Below are positions 58,543-64,000 of a stretch of 64,000 bases of DNA, piece after piece. Position 1 is the first letter of the stretch. Every line of letters begins with the position of its first letter. The notes beneath the pieces were generated by a model. The model did no database searches and was not told where the DNA came from. It saw nothing but the letters and a program-made list of their open reading frames with translations. A program made the position numbers and the translations under genes. This stretch comes from Planctomycetota bacterium. GTDB lineage: Bacteria; Planctomycetota; GCA-002687715; CAIWVZ01. The stretch spans positions 736,001-800,000 of the forward strand of contig JBGANV010000001.1 of assembly GCA_044222185.1 (NCBI GenBank), read 5' to 3'.

Positions 58543-59387
58543 GGTTGCTTGGTCTCCCGTCGTGGCATTCCCCGTAGCCGTCGCATGATGGAGTTGCCGA
58601 AACTCCAGCGGCGATTCCCGCGCTCGTCGTCAGGGGACGACGTTCCGCGCGCGCAACCCAGATCTTAGGCTGCGAGGGAAGAGGCCGTGCGAGCCTGAGC
58701 ACCTCAGACAACTCGCGGCGAGTCCCCAGGTGTCGATTGTGATCCGGATAGGGGGAGATCCACGCAGGAATGCGCGCGTCCCTTCGAGTTCCGGTTGGTG
58801 GACTGTTCGGTCCAGGTCCGCGGGTGCGAACTCGCATTTCCCAGCAAGCCGGCGACGCCCACGAATGGTCGCGCCGCTCGATCCGCGGACCCCAGGCGGG
58901 CGAGTCGGATCGGTTCCTCCCGGGTGGACGCACGTTGGCCCGCCGTTGCCGGGAATCGTGTCGCCACGACGTGCGGCCCGACGGTGTCTCGGGCGAATCT
59001 CCGTTCCGCCGCGCGACGCGGTCCCATCGACTTCTCGAGACGACCGTCGAGCACTCGAATGGCTGCCCGATCGACCAAGGTCGACTTCCGGAGGAGCGGG
59101 CGGGACGTTCGATCGAAGCCTGCGGTGACCATGCTGCGCCCGGCGGCGAAGCGACGGCATCCGTGCCGACGTCTGATTCGTCCCGGGGTGTCGCGCCCAT
59201 GGATCCGGCGTCGCAGATCCGCGGGGCTTTCTCGCCCTTGCCATGCGGCGTCCGGCCCAAAGTGAAACCGCGTGCGAGCCGCCCCACCTTGACGATCGAT
59301 CGATCGGCTCGACCCGATACTGCGCGCCGTCACGATCGGCATGTGCCGTGCGGGAGCGGATCGGCAGTGTCGCGAGGGGAGAGAGGC

Positions 59388-60134
59388 GTGAATCAGAAGA
59401 AGACAGCAGTCCGGGCCCTCGTCATCGCCGTGCTTTTGACCTCCGTCGGGTGCCACACCCGCTCGATCTCCGACTCTGGTTCCGGGAGCGGCGATATCAA
59501 TTTCCTCTATCGGGGCGAGCTCGCCGAGTTCGATGTGCTTGGTATCGAGAACGCGACGTCCGTCTCGGATCGCGAGATCGCCGGCGCATTGGAGGGTCGA
59601 CGCACGGTCAATCTGCCGCGCGGATGCCGCGTCCTGCTCGTGCAGTCCGGCGCGATGATTCCCGACGAACCGATGCTCACGGCGCTCGGCAGCTCGTATT
59701 CCGTGGGCACGTTCAGTGGAATTCCGCAGGGCGTCGCCTCACGGTCTGGACCAGGATCCGCTCCGGCACCGGATCCCGGGTATGGACGCGGCCTCCGACT
59801 CGCCGCTGCGCGTGGAGGATACGAGAAGGTCGTCGTCTACTGGGGGCAGCTCGAGACCGCACGCGAGGACATGGGAACGAAGGCGATCTCCTGGGTCCCG
59901 ATCGTCGGCTGGATGATTCCGGACGAGGAACAGCGTATGCGGATCCGCCTCAAGGTCGCGCTCGTCGACGTTCGGAGCGGGAATTGGGAGATGTTCCTGC
60001 CGGAGCCGTTCGAGGATGTCTCGTCCAGCGCGCATGTCGACCGCACCGAATCTGACCAGTCTCAAGTGGGTTCGTTGAAGGCCAATGCCTACGCAGCGGC
60101 GGCCGACGCCCTGGTTCGCAGTTTTGGAGGATGA
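59388..60134 (+). CDS. Hypothetical lipoprotein
   Basis: GTG after GGGGAGAGAGG; lipobox SVGC; YRGELAEFDVLG, LLVQSGAMIPDEPM, LRLAAARGG, ISWVPIVGW. Confidence 0.8.
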   Translation: MNQKKTAVRALVIAVLLTSVGCHTRSISDSGSGSGDINFLYRGELAEFDVLGIENATSVSDREIAGALEGRRTVNLPRGCRVLLVQSGAMIPDEPMLTALGSSYSVGTFSGIPQGVASRSGPGSAPAPDPGYGRGLRLAAARGGYEKVVVYWGQLETAREDMGTKAISWVPIVGWMIPDEEQRMRIRLKVALVDVRSGNWEMFLPEPFEDVSSSAHVDRTESDQSQVGSLKANAYAAAADALVRSFGG

Positions 60135-60669
60135 CGCATGTAACCGCGCGACGTCGCGCGGGCGGGGTTGCGCCGTCGCTTTCTGGCGACCCCCCCGATC
60201 CGCCAGCTGCGACGCGTGGATGGAGCGGATGGGTCGGCACCGACGTCGCCCGGGAGGTCGTCGTTCGCGCACTCGGGCGGCAATCCGCGCCGTCTCGTCT
60301 CCGGCGGCGCGGTGGGCGCCGGTGCGCCGCGTGCCGTCGTCGACGCACCCTCGGTTCACGCGCCGAACCGGGCGCCTTGCGGGATTCGTACTCTCGACAG
60401 GTCTCGGCAAACGACGCACGGGCTTGCGGACGATGGCGGTCCTCCGTGCCCCCTTCGCGGCGAATGCGATCGAAGGAGGGCTGGAGCTCGTGTGATGGTC
60501 GTTAGAGGCCGCGGCATGACTGAACGTCCGCACTCGTGACTTGCGGGAGTTGACCGTCGGAACTCGGCGCTCCGCCGTCAAACCCGAGCACGGTCACGTC
60601 GCGACGCCGGAGTCCTGGCGGATCACCCGCGACGCATCGCTGGGAGCGGGCTCGGGCCCGGTGGATCCG

Positions 60670-61170
60670 TCAACCTCTCTGGCGCCGAGTTCCGGCAGCC
60701 TTCTTGGCGGCCCGTGACCTTCCGCGCGCGCCCTTGGTACGGGCGGCGTCTCGAGCGGCCGCGGACCGTTCAGAGGGCGGCCGTTTCCTGGCTGCGGCGC
60801 GCGCATGACGCGCGAGTGCAGTGGGCGAGCCCGCCTTGGTGGATTCCCTCTTCAGGGCCTGCAGGCTCGCACGGGACCGGGTCGCTGACGGCTCCGCCCG
60901 CGACCCACCGAGACCTGCTCCATCGACCTGGTCGTCGCTGCGCCGCGCTCGGGCAGACTTCCTGCCCGCGCCCGGCAGGGGAAGTCCTACGCCGGCACGA
61001 CGTGCCTTCGAGAGTCCGATGGCGATGGCCTGCTCCGTCGATCGCGCGCCGTGCTTGCCTTCCCGCAGGTGGTGGATCTCCTCGCGAACGAACTCGCCAG
61101 CCTGGGAGCTTGGCGATTTCCCCTTCCGCTTGGCCTTCTTGGCTGCATCGAGGGTCTTCTTGTCCGGCAT
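60670..61170 (-). CDS. Basic DUF6496-like protein (putative DNA-binding)
   Basis: AGGAG SD; GKSPSSQAGEFVREEIHHLREGKHGARSTEQAIAIGLSKARRAGV, then an Arg/Lys/Ala-rich tail. Confidence 0.8.
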   Translation of the reverse strand: MPDKKTLDAAKKAKRKGKSPSSQAGEFVREEIHHLREGKHGARSTEQAIAIGLSKARRAGVGLPLPGAGRKSARARRSDDQVDGAGLGGSRAEPSATRSRASLQALKRESTKAGSPTALARHARAAARKRPPSERSAAARDAARTKGARGRSRAAKKAAGTRRQRG

Positions 61171-61657
61171 GTGTGACTCCTGTCGCAAACGGGGGCGGGG
61201 CGCCGCGAGCGGGCGACACGTCGCAGACCGCGTGCCGTGCAACTCGTCTCGTTCCGTCGGGAGAGACGACGCACGCAAGACGGCGTCCGCCGTGGCTCAC
61301 AACCCATGAGTGCGACAGCCAGTTGCCGAGTTCGAGCCGCCGGGCCGGCGGCGCGCCGCGCTGCGACGGCGCCGCACGCGCTCAGGCTGCTCGTGCGGCG
61401 ATCGGGAGAATGGGGCATGTACCTGCGGTCTACGAGCGCCATCGCCACCCCGCTCGCGGTTCCGCCGAGACGCACGGCCGAGGCGAAGCCTCCCATCCGC
61501 TCGCCGAGCCAGGAGGCGTTGGCCGACTCGACGAGTCCACGCGGAGGCGGCGCGCCCGATCGACTGCAACCGCCGAAATCGGCGGTGCCCAAAGGCGGTC
61601 GATGAAGTGGATCGAGCGGACGGCGCGTCCGGTGTGCGCCGCCGCAGACGTGAAGCC

Positions 61658-62740
61658 CTACGATCCGATGACGGAAAGCACGCCGTTCGTGATCTGGACG
61701 CCGCCGAGCGGGCCGCCTGCTGCGAGGATCGCTGCCTGCGTGATGAACTCGAATCCGCAGCGGTTCACTTCGGATGCGAAGGGCACTGTGACCGTGAATG
61801 TGCCGCTGGCGTCAGTCGTGAACGGTGCCTGCAGGACGAGGAGTGCGAGGTCCACGAAGACGAAGCAGCCCGACCCGAGGGGAAGGGGCGGTGCCGTGGG
61901 GAAGCTGCCGAACAGGATGCCCTGGGCGTTCGGCGCCGCGCTCGTGATCGACACGGTGACGAGCGATCCCTGGATCAGGGGCGTGTTGGTCAGGGTCGGA
62001 ACTGGACTGACGCCGCACCCTGCACCGAGGATCGTCACGGTGGCAGCCGTGGGGCAGACGGCGCATTGCGCGGAAGCCGTGCCTGAATAGGACCCGGTGA
62101 AATTCGACCCGCCGCCGCCGCGCGCACCTCCGACCACGGCCGCCGTGAAATTCTCTGGCGTTCCAGCGTGATGTGAATTCGTGTAGGGGTTCAGGGCGCT
62201 TCCGTCGATGGGTTTCACCCCGACGGCGTTGGGGTCCGTTGTGAACGTCGTGTAGACGGCCGCGGCCCATTTCCATTGGAACGTCAGTCCGGTCTGCGAT
62301 GCGCTGAACTGGCCGGTCCAGGTCACCGGGTTGATTCCGCCTGGGAGCGCCTGGAGGACGGGAACCCCCGCGCCGGTGAGGAACACGTTCCCGCCATAGG
62401 CGAGTGGGACGGTCGTCTGCCAGCGGCCGTTGACGAACACGGTGGAGGCAGAAGTCGCCGAGCCCGAGAACGTGATCACGGCAGATGGAAGGGCGAACTG
62501 GACCGGAGTTCCTCCCACATCCAGCGTCACCGATGCGCCGTTGAAGCTGACCGTCGTCTCAGTGCTGATTCCACTCACGTTGACGATGCTGTTGAACCAG
62601 ATCGTTCGCCCGGCCGGAATGGCCGTGCCGTTGAAGTTCGAGTTGATCGTGGTCGGGTTCGTCAGGCACAGCTGCCCGACGGACGGTGACGACGACAACA
62701 GAGTGACGAGACTCGACACGACGACGATGAAACTCCGCAT
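61658..62740 (-). CDS. Exported beta-rich protein with Cys-pair C-terminal domain
   Basis: Signal ending SVG-Q; SNFNGTAIPAGRTIWFNS...WKWAAAVY...HAGTPE...GGARGGGGSNFTGSYSGT; tail homologous to that of 3272-5896. Confidence 0.85.
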   Translation of the reverse strand: MRSFIVVVSSLVTLLSSSPSVGQLCLTNPTTINSNFNGTAIPAGRTIWFNSIVNVSGISTETTVSFNGASVTLDVGGTPVQFALPSAVITFSGSATSASTVFVNGRWQTTVPLAYGGNVFLTGAGVPVLQALPGGINPVTWTGQFSASQTGLTFQWKWAAAVYTTFTTDPNAVGVKPIDGSALNPYTNSHHAGTPENFTAAVVGGARGGGGSNFTGSYSGTASAQCAVCPTAATVTILGAGCGVSPVPTLTNTPLIQGSLVTVSITSAAPNAQGILFGSFPTAPPLPLGSGCFVFVDLALLVLQAPFTTDASGTFTVTVPFASEVNRCGFEFITQAAILAAGGPLGGVQITNGVLSVIGS

Positions 62741-63149
62741 CTTGGATCTCGCAGGTTGGGGGAACTCGGGATACGTGGTCTGGGCAACGATGACCGCGTG
62801 CGGCCGCCGTTTGCGGCGTGGGTTGCACGAGCGGCGAGGATCTTACACGCGATCGCGGCCGCCCGCCGCCTCGATCGAAGCCAAGAAGTCGCAGGCGTGA
62901 GCCTGGGCTGTTGCCGCGGTCCGTCTGCACCCGTGGCATCCGTCGAGGGGGTGGTTCGACGGATGGAACGCGGGCGTTCCTTGGCAAATCACCTCGCCGC
63001 GACGACACCGTCGCTCAGGGCCGTGCGCCAGTGTTCCTGCCGCTGCACGGATTCTTCGAGCGCGATGATGCCGATGTGGCCGCAACGAGTCGGAGCCGGA
63101 TGCGATGAAGACCCGTGGAGGATGGGGTCCATTCCAGCGAGGTGATCGA

Positions 63150-63752
63150 ATGATCCGGCTTCTTTCAAAGGCTGCGTTGGTGAGTGTGATCGGTGTCGTG
63201 TCGTTGGGACTTGGAGCGTTCGCCGAGACGCGCGACTGTGGTCGTCCACAGGAAGCAACGACGCGCGATCGCGCGGTTTCGGACACCCGGCCGTCGATCG
63301 AGATGAGCAACGACGACGTCGGGCTCCGCCACCTGAGGAAGGCCCGAGTGATCGCCGTCGAGAACGACTTTGCGGCGAAGTTCTTCGACCGGAACCGGTT
63401 GCCAGGGGCGTTTGCTCAGAACCTGCAGGCGATCGGAGTCACCGCACTGGACGAGGAGGCTTGGGCCAAAGAGGTCCGTGAACATGGAACCTGTCCCACG
63501 ATCCAACTCGCCGTCGACATCTACAACGACGGGGATCACTCGAAACCAATCGTGTTCACGATCGACATCAGAGTCATCGAATTCATCACCGTCCCGAGGG
63601 TCGGGGAGTCTCGCTTCGGGGCGTATGTCTGGCAATCGTCGACGACGGGCAGCGCCACCGGCAAGGCGAACGACATCCTGCGCGAGATTGGCCGGGTGAT
63701 GAACGAACAGATCGCGCTCTTCGGTCGCGCTTGGGCGAAGGAGAACGGCTGA
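63150..63752 (+). CDS. Hypothetical exported protein
   Basis: GAGGTG SD; signal-like N-terminus; protein-like composition; no family recognised. Confidence 0.65.
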   Translation: MIRLLSKAALVSVIGVVSLGLGAFAETRDCGRPQEATTRDRAVSDTRPSIEMSNDDVGLRHLRKARVIAVENDFAAKFFDRNRLPGAFAQNLQAIGVTALDEEAWAKEVREHGTCPTIQLAVDIYNDGDHSKPIVFTIDIRVIEFITVPRVGESRFGAYVWQSSTTGSATGKANDILREIGRVMNEQIALFGRAWAKENG

Positions 63753-64000
63753 TCGAGCGGAGGCCGACCGTCGCAACGGGGTCGATGCCCGGAGGAACCT
63801 GGGCCGGCATTGGCGACGGGTGAGTGACCCGAGTGAACCCGCGCCGACCTCGTCGTCGATCGCGAGGCGTCGTCTTCGTCGCAAGGACGCGGCGCGCGCC
63901 GCCTGGAGGAGACGCGGCCCGCTTCGCGACGCAGGAACGCTGCTGGCGTGTGTTTTTACGAGCACCTCGCCGACGATCCGGTCGCTCTGCGCGAGATGCC

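Noticed and set aside
50342-62866. 15-mer ATCGCGGCCGCCCGC upstream of the tRNA and at ~62852 as a possible island boundary
   Set aside because: Almost all G/C, lies outside the tRNA, and is plausibly a chance match.
1-64000. Many long overlapping or antisense ORFs (e.g. 1063-2814, 13440-15965, 39967-42405, 19199-21100)
   Set aside because: Arg/Pro/Gly-rich shadow frames expected in high-GC DNA; they overlap genes with clear family motifs.
1-64000. CRISPR array, rRNA, transposase or integrase
   Set aside because: No regularly spaced repeat-spacer array, rRNA-like sequence or recombinase/transposase motif was seen by eye.
63753-64000. Possible gene at the right edge
   Set aside because: No frame with recognisable protein-like sequence in the available bases.

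Overview
A GC-rich bacterial window, probably Planctomycetota (inferred from a DUF1800/DUF1501 pair, an ECF sigma + Ser/Thr kinase pair, a very large membrane-anchored ECF and many Sec-exported proteins). Bases 1-50.4 kb hold mostly core and secreted-enzyme genes: peptidases S46 and M28, a D-aminoacylase, a dipeptide epimerase, an acyl-CoA synthetase, RlmI, an Fe3+-type ABC transporter, an esterase, NDH-2 and a MATE transporter. tRNA-Asn(GTT) at 50454-50525 starts an accessory region. There, a gap-free ~200-bp structured repeat beginning with the last 6 nt of the tRNA occurs twice. The two copies bracket a 2.2-kb islet carrying a lipoprotein flanked by 22-bp direct repeats, a decayed mazF, and an intact RHH-like + unknown small-protein pair that looks like an uncharacterised type II toxin-antitoxin system. 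Downstream lie an epoxide hydrolase, a kinase interrupted by an in-frame amber stop, and an ECF sigma factor. Five unrelated exported proteins share a C-terminal domain that may be a sorting signal; three of them surround a gene encoding only the N0/N1 domains of a secretin. About 11 exported proteins have Gln at +1 after the signal peptide. A membrane TIR/NDT-like protein is divergent from a pseudo-caspase-Tudor protein. All calls come from reading motifs by eye; no database searches were run.
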